Below are positions 34,958 to 47,002 of a stretch of 47,378 bases of DNA, piece after piece. The notes beneath the pieces were generated by a model that was not told the DNA's origin, did not search any database, and was given only the letters and a program-made list of their open reading frames with translations. Each line of letters opens with the position of its first letter. Within the stretch, counting starts at the first letter, position 1. Origin of the DNA: Guillardia theta CCMP2712 (taxonomy: Eukaryota; Protista; Cryptophyta); assembly GCF_000315625.1 (NCBI RefSeq), contig NW_005434424.1:1-47378 (forward strand), in the 5' to 3' direction. Position numbers and translations under genes: made by a program.

Positions 34958-36437
34958 ATGGATGAGGGCGAGGACGTGTTGCTGTTGCAGCATTCCATGG
35001 CGTCTCAGAGCCGTAAGTTTGAGGGCGCAGCATGCGCCAGGTGTCGCAAGCACAAGATCAAGTGCAGCAAAACGAGGCCCTGCAACACCTGCTACAGGAT
35101 GGGAGTAGCAAAGGACTGCGATGCCGTCTCCGGGACTTCAGCATGCTGGCAGTGCAGGCGATCCAAGATCAAGTGCGACAAGCAGCGACCGTGCGGGTCA
35201 TGCGTGAAGAGGGGCAGGCCCCACGAGTGCTCGACCTTCGATGGAGAGATGGAGCAGTCCAACGATGAGCTCGAGGATGATGCACCAGAGGAGAAGCAGG
35301 TGGAGGTCAAGGAGGAGAATGGAGGTGCAAGGTCTTTGCTTCTGTCTCCTTGTCGCCCATGGCCCTTGCAGCGCAAGATGGAGCTTGAAACAGATTTTTC
35401 TCGGCTCCCCAATACTGAAGAGTGTCAAGTCGTCTTCTCTCAACTCATTCTGAAGATCTCGCAGCTGGGATACGACTACACATCGATGTTGTACATGTTC
35501 AACACGATGGGAGAGGACTTGTCTTCGGCAATCAAAACATTGATGCAAGCTCTTGCTAGCATCACGTCGAAACTGCCTCCGTCTCCAGAAGCACAAACGT
35601 CGCCATCGCCGCTGCAGTTTGAAGGGCAGGAAGAGTCTGAGATGGGCGGAGACTCCTTTCCGCAGTGTCATGACGATTTCGCTTCCAGCTCGTGGACGGT
35701 TCAGTGGAAGTCCAACGGCTTCATGAGGCAGGGCATCAAGGTTGGAGGTGGGCTTGGGCGGCTGCTTCACCGCAACCCGGAGGAGATACTAACGCGAGCC
35801 GCTCGCTGCGAGGTCGAGCTTCCTTCGTCAGATGTCGAGTTCCTGTGCATGATCTTGGACGACATCTTCAGCTCAATGTCACCCAGACTCCTCCGATACC
35901 AGCGAATATGTAGGAGGTCAGCGGACGGAAGATTGGAAGAGTCGAGCCTGGTGAGGACGAGCACCAAGAAGAACTTCGACAAGAACGGGCAGCTCATCTC
36001 TTCCACTCATAGTGTGGAAGTCTTGGACATCGAGGAATGGGACAGGATACACAAAAATGCGCAGGAAAGGTGAGCGGAGGCTGGAGGTGGTTGCTGCTGT
36101 GAAAGTGATCGAGTACGATGAGCATTATGATTCCGACCGCTGACCGTAGTTGATGTCGGCAGGAGAACTTACGCGCAACTGAGAATCTTCTTGGGTGAAG
36201 AGATTGCGGGGGAGACGCTGCTGACGCAGCACAAGCGAGACATCGTGAGCTGCCTTGCTGAGTTGGAGAAGAGCGAGCTGAGTGACTTTGCTGTGACAGC
36301 TTTTCGATGAGCACTTTGCCACGTTGAACGCATCAGAAGCGGGAAGGATAAAGTTGCGTAAGATGTCCGACTTCGTCAGGGGAAAATCGGAGCACATGAT
36401 GCGTACCCTACAAGCATCCGGCAAGGGGAGCTGCTGA
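34958..36437 (+). CDS. Transcription factor with two tandem Zn(II)2Cys6 binuclear clusters
   Basis: ACARCRKHKIKCSKTRPCNTCYRMGVAKDC and ACWQCRRSKIKCDKQRPCGSCVKRGRPHEC. A long exon runs to 36069, then two in-frame exons (RTYAQLRIFLGEEIAGETLLTQHKRDI|LFDEHFATL...GKGSC*). The start codon is uncertain. Confidence 0.9.
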
Positions 36438-36987
36438 TGTGCATCGAGGGTCACAGCGCGTCGAGGCCATCACGAACAAACATTTGCTCGACAGGGCGAC
36501 TAGTTGGTGCCTTTACTCCTTCCTTGTCGGAGCTCCATGTTCCGCCTTTGCTAGAGGTTGTTGCTGGAGACGAGAGACGCTGAGCAAGGTGAAGATGAGG
36601 CATGATGCAGTATGCTGCGCTGCCAGTGCCCTGCCAGGCTGATCGCGGCAGTGGAGGACCGGAGTCAAAGAATGTTTTGGTTGCTTGCACTGTCACTGTC
36701 AGTGATGCTGAAGTCACTACTTAGCAATCAGTCAGGGGAGTCAAGTTCCGTGACAGACTTGTTTGTCTTGATTCGAGGAAGGAGAGCAGCGCAGGAGCTC
36801 GGATATCCCGTTGCTATCAGCTGTGTGGACTCTGGCAGGGCTGCTGTCCTCGGAGCGGCACCAGCGATGCTTCCTGACCCGGAAAAGCCGCAAATCGGGA
36901 CAGGCAGTAGGACTGTGTCGCGGCTACTAGCCCCAGTAGCCCGACCGGGCGGTAGAACATGTCAACGGTCGTGTTGAGAAACCTCAG

Positions 36988-37030
36988 TTACTCAAAGTTA
37001 AGTTAAAAAACAGTACGAGGACAATGAGGA
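36988..37030 (+). repeat. Dispersed TTACTCAAAG element, copy C
   Basis: TTACTCAAAGTTAAGTTAAAAAACAGTACGAGGACAAT followed by a GAGGACAAT duplication. Confidence 0.9.
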
Positions 37031-37337
37031 CAATACACTGATCAGGAGCCTCAGGCTCGCCGGGATGGTGCGGCGGCACTGCTGCACTGTTGTCCTAAAT
37101 CTCATCAACTGTTGCGGCGTCCGCCGACGGTCACAGCCAGGCTTGGCAGCGGTTTACTCATGAATACCGTAGGCTATGGTAACAGTGGGATCAGGCTGAT
37201 GATCTTGGATCGGAAGCCGCCGATGAATCACCGTCATTGCTTAAGGTACTGCCTGACCGTCCAACTTGTGAAACGGCTTCACATAAGATAGTGAGCCAGC
37301 TGCTCACGGTCACGGTCTGACTCGACTGTGTTGATGA

Positions 37338-38072
37338 TCAAGGCTCGTGCGCTTTCTTCTCACTTGGGACGCCTTGAACTAAGAAAACATTGGTGGGGTC
37401 TGGCGAGTCGCCTTCCTCAGCCTCCGGCTCGGAGTTCCAGGACCACGAGTCCTCACTCTCATGAACGTCCGTGAGATGTTGAGGGCCTGCCGCTTCATCT
37501 GCTGGCCCGGCCGTCATCCGGAGGCCCGGAGCTGCACCATGATGCAGACGCTCTCCGCTGGACCTCGCAACCTGTGCGTGTCCATGAGCAGGCAATGGCC
37601 CAACCATCATGCCCATCCCATCCATGTCGTTTGACGCCGCTGATAACAGTGTTCGTCCAGTCCTTTGATGCTCATTCGCAAGATCCTGGTTTCCTCCAGC
37701 GCCCATACCTTCTTCGCTCCTGGCAGCGCCAATCCCTCTAGACGAGCCAGCAAATATGCCCTCAAGGCCCTCGTTTCTTTCCTCTTGGATTCGGGAACGC
37801 TCCCGCTTGTTTGGCCACTTCACTCCCAGTTTTTTGCAGGTGTTCTTCATGGCCGTGAGTGAGATTCCCTGAATGATCGTTACGACAAGGCCCCATCAAA
37901 AGGAATGCAATGGTTGTCCCTGTCTCCTCCTCTTACTCACCAGATGCTCGGCTGCATTGTGAAGCGTCATGTGGAACATCCTTGTAAGATCCAGTGTTGA
38001 GATGTAGAAGGGCTTGTTCTTCTCGTCCTGCCCAGACTTTTTCCTTGGGAACACTTGGATGCTCGTGTACAT
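37338..38072 (-). CDS. RWP-RK domain transcription factor, 2 exons
   Basis: Exon 1 (38072..37941) MYTSIQVFPRKKSGQ...LDLTRMFHMTLHNAAEHL, a 72-nt GT-AG intron, then exon 2 (37868..37338) GISLTAMKNTCKKLGVKWPNK. This is the RWP-RK pattern (AAxxLGIxxTxxKxxCxxLG..WP). Confidence 0.9.
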
Positions 38073-38559
38073 AGTGCACTAAAAGTGCTGAATAATGCAG
38101 TTTCACACCTCCCTCCCTGTATACTTGTCATCCTCATACATCGCACTCGAGGACATTACAAGGTCGACCTCTATCAATCGATGCAGTGGCACAAAGTCTG
38201 GATCAACGAGTAGCTCCTCCTCTGTGCACCTCCCAGAGCGATAGTTGCGACGATTTTCGATTTCTAGCAGTGTTCCTGCTACATCAATGAGTCAGTGTTG
38301 CTCCTGTGTTTCGTGGACCCCTTGCTTTCTCCTATTCCTTCTCCATATTCTTCCCCTTCCTCTCGACTTTCCCATTCGCCTCTCCTCCTCCTCACTGTCT
38401 TCTACTCTTCCTGTAGTAATCACGCTTAACTTGTATCCGGTTTATGCCTTGTCAGCAACTTTGACCCACCCCTATAAATATCACTGATAAATTGCTCAAG
38501 GGTAGGGTACATCAAGAGTCACATGGTGCAGTCAGCAGATACAAGTTAAACCCTTTCTA

Positions 38560-39600
38560 GCCGGAGGTTTGAATCCGATGATCCGCCATAGGGGCAAGAC
38601 TCCGAGTGACCGATCAGCGGCCGCCATCATCGGCGGCCTGCCTGAGTGAGGGCCGCCCGGGCGGCCGCCCGGTGGCGGTGACCGTGCAGTGCGGCGCCCG
38701 GCGGGGCCCTGACTCAGAGTCTGAGGGGCCCGGCGGCGTCCGATCATGCGGCGGGCCTTAGGCTCCGCGGCCGGGCCGGCCCGGGCCGGCGCCGCGCCGC
38801 GCCCCCGCCACCCGGCCGTCACGTTCTTGCGGCCCGGCAAGCTCTCAACCGTTGTCACCGACTTGCCGAACAGCGGCGGCTCACTGAGTCAGCCGCGGCG
38901 CCCGGCGCCGCCCGGCCGCGGCCCAGTTCTCAACGTTCCGGCGAAACTTGCTGAGCCTTGAAGCACCCGGCCCCGCGCCGCCGGCGCGGCCACTGAGCCT
39001 GGCCCCCGCCAGCCTGAGTGCACCGCGGCACGGTGGCGGCCATGACTCAGGCTCGGAAGTGCCAGTTACTCAAAGTTAACATAACAAGCAGTACGTGGAC
39101 AATCACTGGGAGAGTAGAGGAGGCTTGACTCATGATCACCCTGACAGTCAGACTGCGCCACGCCGGGCGGCCGGGTCGCACCGTGTGGCAGGCCGCCGCA
39201 TAGCACGGCTACTTTGGAGGTCACTGACTTGACGGCGAGCCCGGCCAGTGCCGTGACGGCGCGGCAGTGACCGTGACTACATACGCCGGGCCCAAGTACA
39301 GGCTGACGGGTGACGGGAGTCAGTGAGAGTCATCATGGGGATTGTCCCGGCAGCGCGCAGTTAAGTGAAGGTATCAGTTAAGTTTGGGGGACAGCAGTCG
39401 GCAGGATTGGGTTTGGTTCTCGCTGTCTTTCTCTTCTCGCCGTTTGGCCTGTGCGACAGTGTCAGGGTGACCGGTCAAGCCTGAGTCCTCGTCGGTGGCA
39501 GTGGTTACGGTCTCTCCCGGAGTCCTGATTGTCCTCGTACTGATTTTTAACTTAACTTTGAGTAAAGGCATCATGCATGGTGGATGGCGCTGGGGCGGAC
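38560..39600. promoter_or_regulatory. GC/CpG-rich intergenic island between divergent genes, containing element copies D (39066-39160, +) and E (39400-39570, -)
   Basis: Very GC-rich and full of CCGG, GGCC, GACTC/GAGTC and TGAGTCA words, with two inward-facing element copies. The regulatory role is inferred from position only. Confidence 0.55.
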
Positions 39601-39768
39601 TCATCCGCTTTGGTAACTAAAATAGAATCAACCCAACAAACGCGGGTGGGTGGTGAGAGCTTCAGAGTTTTTTATAATGAGGGGGTCATGTAATGGAAAA
39701 TTCAGGGTGGGGTAGTCACAACAAGTAGACATTCAGGGTAGGGTCCTTCTCACGAAGAGCCGCGAAGG

Positions 39769-40453
39769 ATGCTCAGCAAGCTGTTTCACAACCTCGACTA
39801 CAAGTCTGGATGTGAGTGCTAAGAGACGAGAACACATGCCGTCTTACTGCTTACATGTGCTGTGATGTTGCTCTGCCGCTGTTGTTGTGTTATGATCTTG
39901 CACTGTTGTTGTGTTACATGTGTGTTGTTGCTCAGTTACAAGTGTAATGACCTTGATCTGCTGTTTTTGTGTGCTGTTGTGCTGTTGTGCTGTTGTGCTG
40001 TGTTGAGAAGAGAGGCAAGTGGTAAGTGCAGGCGGTTTTGTGTCCTGAAGATCCATGGTTGTGGTTGATTCGTCAATGAATTGCAAGGGTCTATCGAGTA
40101 GAGGTTGTTTTGTGTCGGTGGAGAGTTTGTGTTGACAGTGCACAGCCTCTTATAGTTGTTGTACAATTTGAACCAGTCTTTGATGACATGCAGGGATAGC
40201 AAATGTATATCCTGCTTTGTTTAGTTTGCAATCCACGTGGAACAGTGTCTATGTGCAACGACTCGTTTATCTGATGAGGTGTTGTTTGGTCGTCTCGTAT
40301 TTTGATCGTCGAAAGCGCATGTTGCCTGACTTGGACGCAGATGCGAAGGGATACACCAGGGGCTTCCAGGCTTCCATTGGCTACAAGAAGGGGTTTGCGG
40401 CTGGCGAGAAACTTGCGCGAGAACAGGCGGCTCAGATGAATGCCCAGAAGTAA
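39769..40453 (+). CDS. 51-aa microprotein with GxxxG repeats (Yae1/Lto1/FliH-like), 2 exons
   Basis: Exon 1 (39769..39811) and exon 2 (40341..40453), joined GGAT|gtgag...gcag|AT, total 156 nt: MLSKLFHNLDYKSGYAKGYTRGFQASIGYKKGFAAGEKLAREQAAQMNAQK*. The G-x3 periodicity continues across the junction. Confidence 0.65.
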
Positions 40454-40996
40454 ATCTGGTTGGGCATTATATTCACTCTCGGAGGGAGACTGTTGTGTGC
40501 AGTGATGGTGCTGAGAGTAACTTGTAGTTAGATTTGTTTTTGCGTATGTGATTGGTGGTTGTTCGTGAGATCGTTTTCATTGAAGAAAATGGTTCTTGCA
40601 TTCAGTTTCAATTTTGACGAATCATCAGGCTATGATGTCATATGTTGAGAGTGATTTCAGTTCTAGACATAAGTGAGTCGCCTCTTTTTGTGACAAAGAC
40701 ATAAGGATGTTTTTGTTTTTTGATCAAGAGGATAGAATGAGATTAGAGGAGTGATGTATCAAGAGAAATCATGGTCAATTCCGTTCCAGGGCATGGGCGG
40801 GAGAACACATCCTCAGTTCCATTCTTGAAGGTGGGGGCAAGAAGGAAGGGACGGGTGTATTGGAATCTTCCAGACGCAAGTATACAGACGGCACAAGATT
40901 CCAGCAGCACATCACCTCTGCGATGCTGCAAATATCACAACTAGATGCTTCAAGAGGGGACAGGATTCCCTCCATCCCCGTCCATCTTGATGTTGC

Positions 40997-42853
40997 TCAG
41001 AACAAGGCTGTACAGCCGTAGTTCTTCCTTTCCACGTACTCGGGAACATGGTAGAAGAACTGCAGTATCTCCCGCTGGGTCCCTTGGCTCTTGTTCGCCA
41101 TCCCCCTGTGCCTGCGAGAGCGATTAGTGACAATGATAGAGACCGTATTTGTTCAGTCACAGAAGCCTGTAGTCGTAGACGACTGCACCGCCAGCCCCCA
41201 CGATTCCGTCAACTGGCAGAGGTTTTCAGCATGCACAATTGATGTTCGATCAGTCACCTGCGCAGCCCAGCACAGGAGCAGCTGAGCCGAACCCAGCGAG
41301 GCCAGCCTCTCGATGCGAGCCGGGCCAGAACTGGGATGGGATGTTATATTAGATAGGGTATGCCCCGATGAAGGTGACCTGAGTGAATCCGACGAGCTCG
41401 TCAAGATCAATGAGAGCAAGGAAGACGCAGAAAGCATAAGGGGAGGATGCGGACTGAATGGGAGGAACGCTTCAGCGTCGGAGCAAGTCGAGCATAGCAA
41501 CGCCGATTTACGCTAGGAAGGTTCTTCTGAGATGATACAATAAGATGAGGCCCATCGGAATGCCAGTCCTACATCGAACAGTGAGACCATTCAAGAGCGT
41601 GTGCGTGCCCAATAGAAAAGACCGAGGAGCAGATAAGGAAGCGGTGGGGAGAAGGGAGTCATTGGTTTGACCTGATCGTCCGCCCCAGGCCTCGAGTAGA
41701 TCACGGATATCTGTCCTGAACATTCAAACTTGCTCGTCGACGTGTCGTCAACGAAGCGTACACAGTTCTCACATCACAAATCCAATCCTTGCCGATAGCG
41801 CTTGATATGAATTCCGTCCACGGTCCTGTCGGATCAACATGAGAGGTTCATCACCTCAAGCTCCACGCATGCTGCACCAGAGCGGGACAGCTCGAAGATA
41901 GGTGCAAAGGTCTCCCCTTGCTCAAGGAGAAGGTCAAACCTCTGTGCTCCTCGCGAGCTCCTGCGAAACCGAGTTCGAATGGGCGGAGTGTGTGGGGGGG
42001 CGGGGGCGAGGAGGAACCAATTTCCTCACATTTCCTTGAATGCGAACAGATCTTGTCCTATACTGATCGACGGATGGTTCCTTCTGAGATTGCTTTCAGC
42101 CTCCTATGCGCTCATCAATCCCTGCCCCAGCATCCTCTATCCCCACGGAGCACCTCGATCCTCTTGAGAACGATTCGCTTCAAGTCTCCAACCCGATCAG
42201 CAGGGACGGCATCCTTGAGAACCAACATCCCGTTATCGTGCAGATGCTGCAGACACACATCGGAAGGCGTCTCTCTGGTTGCTGCAAAATTCTACTCGCG
42301 CCTTCATCACTTGGAGAGCTCAACGCTGATCTGATCTCACCTCGACTTTTCCGTCTCTCAGTGGGATTTCGCAAGGAGCTGTCAACCAAACTTCCGCCTC
42401 ATTGAAAAACGCACAACCATCTTCGGCCTTCAAGCTGCAGACATGCTCTATGATCTGTCTCTCAACCTCATCCGTGTACTCTGGGACCCGAATGGAAGCA
42501 GAGGCAAGGACCGTGAAGTTTGCGTCCTCCTCCTCACACCTGCCCTTCCACCTTTGAGCAAGACCGCAGCATTGTCAGGTTCGCATTCCCCACCTTCTCT
42601 TTGAGCTTTTCCATTGCAAGTCCAACTCAGGAAGCTTCAGGGCAAACAGCCTATCCACAAGAGCTGTGCTTTCATGTTCAGAGCAAGAGCAGCAAACAAG
42701 AGTCCATATCAGACCATCATTGGCTGATTTTTACTTACATGATCTGCCAAACTTTGCTTCTCCATCTTCCGCTCTGTCCTCCTCCTCCTCCTCCTTCTCC
42801 TCCTCCTCCTCCCTCGGGGCAACTGCCACCACCACATGCGTCCTCCCGGCCAT
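40997..42853 (-). CDS. PhyH-like Fe(II)/2-oxoglutarate dioxygenase
   Basis: Spliced motifs LHDNGMLVLKDAVP, RGAQRFDL, ISVIYSRPGADDQ|DWHSDG (HxD), FTQ|FWPGSH and AGGAVVYDYRLL|HRGMAN...R (distal His and Arg), ending RKNYGCTALF*. The 5' exons are approximate. Confidence 0.85.
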
Positions 42854-43284
42854 CCCCGATAGCTCCCAAAGTTTGAAAGTTTAAACTTTGCTGTGCAACT
42901 TTGAGGTTCCGAAACTTCCGGTTTCCCACCTATGTTTCAGAAGTTCCCCCTGGTAGGAAACGACCAGATCCGCCTCAGAGACTCCAGTACCCCTACTTTA
43001 CAGGTATAAAACATGGGTAGTATTTCAATTTCAACATAGCTACACCGAGCACCACAGCTAGTAACATTCTTTGTATTGGTCGGAATGGTGAACGGAACTT
43101 ATGCTGGTGCAAGCTATGGCAGGGCGACAGGGCGTGGTTGAGCGCATGCACAGGTTGAAAGGGAGGGCAGGGTGTAGAGCAACAGGAGAAGTTCTGGTGC
43201 TGTGATCTCAGAGGAAACGAGCTCCAGTGGTGGTTTTGTCCCAGCCTTGTTGTTGATTATTTCACTACCCAATCCGCTCCCTAG

Positions 43285-46200
43285 ATGTCTGAGCAGGAGG
43301 AGTCGGTGATACATATTGTATTCGATGATGGGAAGGTGTTCCAGATCAAGAAAGAGAAGGTATCCATCGGGAGGATCTCTTCCAACGACATCGCCATCCC
43401 CGGGAATCGGCACGTCAGCAAGCATCACTGTGTGTTGTCCAGTAGAGGACCGGGAGGAGAGGATGCCAGCGAGGATCCCGCTCCTGATGAGCAGTCTTCC
43501 TCGAGGAGGAGGAAGAGACCAAGAATGGCGGAAGATGGTGGCCGGAGTGAAGCAGGAGAAGGTGGAGCGGGAGGGAGGGTATTGTGGATTGAGGATACAT
43601 CGACCAACGGAACTATCGTGAACGGAAGGGCTCTGAAGAGTGAGAGGATGAAGATAGATGGCGATTCAGTGATTGAGCTAGATCCACACAACCCTTCATG
43701 CACTTTCCGGGCCTCGCTCAAGCAAGTTCCCGAGGTGATAGAAGTGGAGGAGGAGGAGGATGGGGAGGAGACGCAGAGGGTCGACTATCAAGATCTCGGG
43801 GCTGCATTGGAGCCGGAGGGTCGCGAAGAAGACAGCATGAGACAGTCGCTCACATGTGTGATCTGCACTGAGATACTCTTCTTTCCCGTCGCCTTCCTCC
43901 CCTGCATGCACAAGTTCTGTGGCGCATGCGTGTGGAGGAACCAGGAGGCGGCAGGAGAAGGAAGCTACTGTTGCCCGATGTGCCGGCAGGGAGTGACGAG
44001 TGTCATTCGAGACCGGCAGTGCGGGGAGTCGGTCGAGGCTTTCTTGAAGAAGCACCCGTCCCTGAGGAGGGCGAGAGAGGAGGAGGAGGTCAACCGCTAC
44101 TTTTCCTCCTCCTCCACTACCACCTCCTCGTCCTCCGCCATTACCCTCCTCCCCCCCCCCACCTTCTCCCCCCTTCCCTCTCCTCCTTCTCGCGTCCATC
44201 CCGTCTCTCGTTGTTTGTACTGAGGCTTCTTTCATGTCAGGAGTGTGAGAGGATGGCGCGGCAACTGATAGCCAAGTACGCCAGGGGAAGCGAGTCGCTC
44301 GTGCTGGTCGACGAGTATGACGCTGCTCCTGCGACGGAGCCGCTCTGCTACAACTGCAACCATCCTGCTCCAGGTGGACGAGGGACGCGGTAATGGGATG
44401 GGGTACTGACGGATGGGCTGCTGCATGCAGACTCGTTTCGTTGCTTGCCAGGGCGGCACAATCATTCCGTATGCTCTCAGTGCAACGAGTTAATGCCTGA
44501 CAGGCCTGAGGCTGATGAGGTGACATCGATAGCATGCGTTACCCTTGGTATGATGGCATAGAACGAGCAGCGGCCTCCTCTCAAGTGCGAAGGCTGCGAT
44601 CGCCCGTTCTGCGGAGCATACTTCCATTGGATGCAACGGCCGGTGCGTCCTGTGTCGGTGGCTGTGGTGGACATGTTTATTATCGTGATTGCTTCATCTA
44701 TCCTACTCGTCTTTTTGTTGTCTCCTGTCTTCAACTCCTGCTTTCTTCTCCTGCTTTCTTGTTTTGTTTGCCGTGAACTTGCCCTTACCCACAGTTTGGT
44801 ATTTCCCAGGTCCATCAAAATCCAGCAAGGTTAACAACTGACCGCATTGACTTCGTTTCTCTGTTAGAGAGACAGTTTCCTACCCCTCCTCTGCCTCAAC
44901 CATCCTCTCCTCTCCTTGTTTGAACTCACTCCCCGTCCATGCCAGGGACTGTTGTTGGAGGACGTCGTGCAAGCAAGAGACTGCCAACTTCAATCGCCTC
45001 CCTCCTGAGGAGCGAGCGTCCCCATGCCTCCCTTCCCGGCTTTCTCATGCGAGCATGGAGCAGGTCTTCCAATGGAACACGCACGAGCGGGGCATCTTGC
45101 AAGAGATCATGGCGCATCGCGGGTTTGAGCCGACGACATTTTTCCGGTGAGTTGAGAGTGACGTGTACCATTGCCTTCCCCACAATCATCCGTCCTGCTC
45201 CTCCACCACCACCAGTCTTCCTCCTTCCCCTTCCCTCCTTCAGATCGTCCTCGCTCCCTCCCTCCCTCCCTCCCTCCCTCCCTCCCTCCCTCCCTCCCTC
45301 CCTCCCTCCCTCGCCGCCCCCCTTTCTTTTTCAACCTGCTCCTCGTTGTCTTTCTATCCTCCTCTTCGTCGTCCCATCGCCAATAGCACGTTGTGCTTTC
45401 CTCTCCCACTTCCTTCTGCCCCTTTTCTTTCGTATCCTCCTCTTCCTCCTCTTCCCTTCACCTCCTCCTCCTCCTCCTCCTCCTCCTCTAGCTCTTCTTA
45501 CAACGCCATCTTGTTGTCTCAACTCACTGGCACTCTCATAGAGAATGTCTGGAAACTCTTCCAGATTTGCCGTTCCCAGACCTCCCTGGTCCACAAGGAG
45601 TAGGAGCGCGACCTTCATTGAGAAGTGCGAGACNNNNNNNNNNNNNNNNNNNNNNNNNNNNNNNNNNNNNNNNNNNNNNNNNNNNNNNNNNNNNNNNNNN
45701 NNNNNNNNNNNNNNNNNNNNNNNNNNNNNNNNNNNNNNNNNNNNNNNNNNNNNNNNNNNNNNNNNNNNNNNNNNNNNNNNNNNNNNNNNNNNNNNNNNNN
45801 NNNNNNNNNNNNNNNNNNNNNNNNNNNNNNNNNNNNNNNNNNNNNNNNNNNNNNNNNNNNNNNNNNNNNNNNNNNNNNNNNNNNNNNNNNNNNNNNNNNT
45901 CCCTCCCTCCTACTCCCTCCCCTCCTCCTCCCTCCCTCCCCTCCCCTCCTCCTCCCACCCCACCCCTCCCCTCCCCTCCTCCTCCCTCCCCTCCCCTCCT
46001 CCTCCCACCCCACCCCACCCCTCCCCTCCCCTCCCCTCCCTCCCCTCCCCTCCCCTCCCCTCCCCTCCCCTCCCCTCCTCCTCCCTCCCTCCCCTCCCTC
46101 CCCTCCCTCCCCTCCCTCCCCTCCCCTCCCTCCCCTCCCTCCCCTCCCTCCCTCCCCTCCTCCCTCCCTCCCTCCCTCCCTCCCTCCCTCCCTCCTCCTC

Positions 46201-46356
46201 CCTCCCTCCCTCCCTCCTCCCTCCCTCCCTCCTCCTCTCCCGCTATCCCACTCTCCGTTTTTCATCTTCCTCTGTCCTCATTTCATTTGCAGCTTTGGTT
46301 GATTCAGAGTACCTCTGCAACTCCTGCATGAGGACACTCTTTGCTGGTCAGAAGTG

Positions 46357-46414
<58 letters not shown>

Positions 46415-47002
46415 ACCTGCACCTGCTCCTGCTCCTGCTCCTGCCTGCACCTGCCCTTGAACGAACGTGACTTCTTCTTGTGCGCATCTTTCTGCTTTTC
46501 CTGCGATACTTGCCCCGCTACATGTTCCCCTTCTCCTTCTCTTGCTCCTGTTGTTTCTTCTCTCTTCTCATCCTCTGCTTCGCCTCAGGCATTGCCTACC
46601 TCTGGAGAAAATCACTCGTGCCCGCGGTATCAGGACCACTCGTTTCTATCATCTCATCATCTTTCTGTCAGGAACTTCCCCCATCTGTACAGCAACGACC
46701 CCGTTGCTACTATGGACATCGATGCAGGTAAACCCCCCCTTCCTCCTCCTCCTCCTCCTCCTCCTTCTCCTCCTCCTCCTCCTTCTCCTCCTCCTCCTCC
46801 TTCTCCTCCTCCTCCTCACCATTATCCCCCGGCTCCTCCGCACCTCCGCGTTCTACTACCATTCCTGCTCCTCGCACTTCTCTGTTTCTTTTCTTTCCCT
46901 TCTTCCTCTTGCCGCCTTTGATTTCTTGTCAGGACGCAGACGCACAATTTGTCGCATGCTCAGCGATACGATCACGCATGCGAACAGACAAGGTGGACGT
47001 AA
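43285..47002 (+). CDS. CHFR: CHFR E3 ubiquitin ligase (FHA, RING, Cys-rich region, PBZ)
   Basis: FHA (IGR...HVSKHHC...DTSTNGTIVNG), C3HC4 RING (CVIC...PCMHKFCGAC...CPMC), Cys-rich exons, and a C-terminal PBZ RPRCYYGHRCR|TQTHNLSHAQRYDHACEQTR that closely resembles the CHFR C-terminus. Confidence 0.9.
45634..45899. other. Assembly gap (N run) inside the CHFR gene
   Basis: 266 N bases, followed by a low-complexity C/T tract. Confidence 0.99.
45900..46240. repeat. Polypyrimidine (CCCT/CCT/CCCCT)n tract, intronic
   Basis: About 340 nt, almost entirely C and T. Confidence 0.9.
46357..46445. repeat. (TGCTCC)n hexamer microsatellite, intronic
   Basis: Tandem hexamer repeat. Confidence 0.9.

Noticed and set aside
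38532-38961. Pro/Ala/Arg/Gly-rich ORFs in the GC island
   Set aside because: Open frames are expected by chance at this GC content, and there are no splice or domain signals.
39374-39604. ORFs sharing PLLKVKLKISTRT or RREEKDSENQ (also at 5210 and 23959)
   Set aside because: The shared peptides come from the non-coding dispersed element, whose copies carry frame-breaking insertions.
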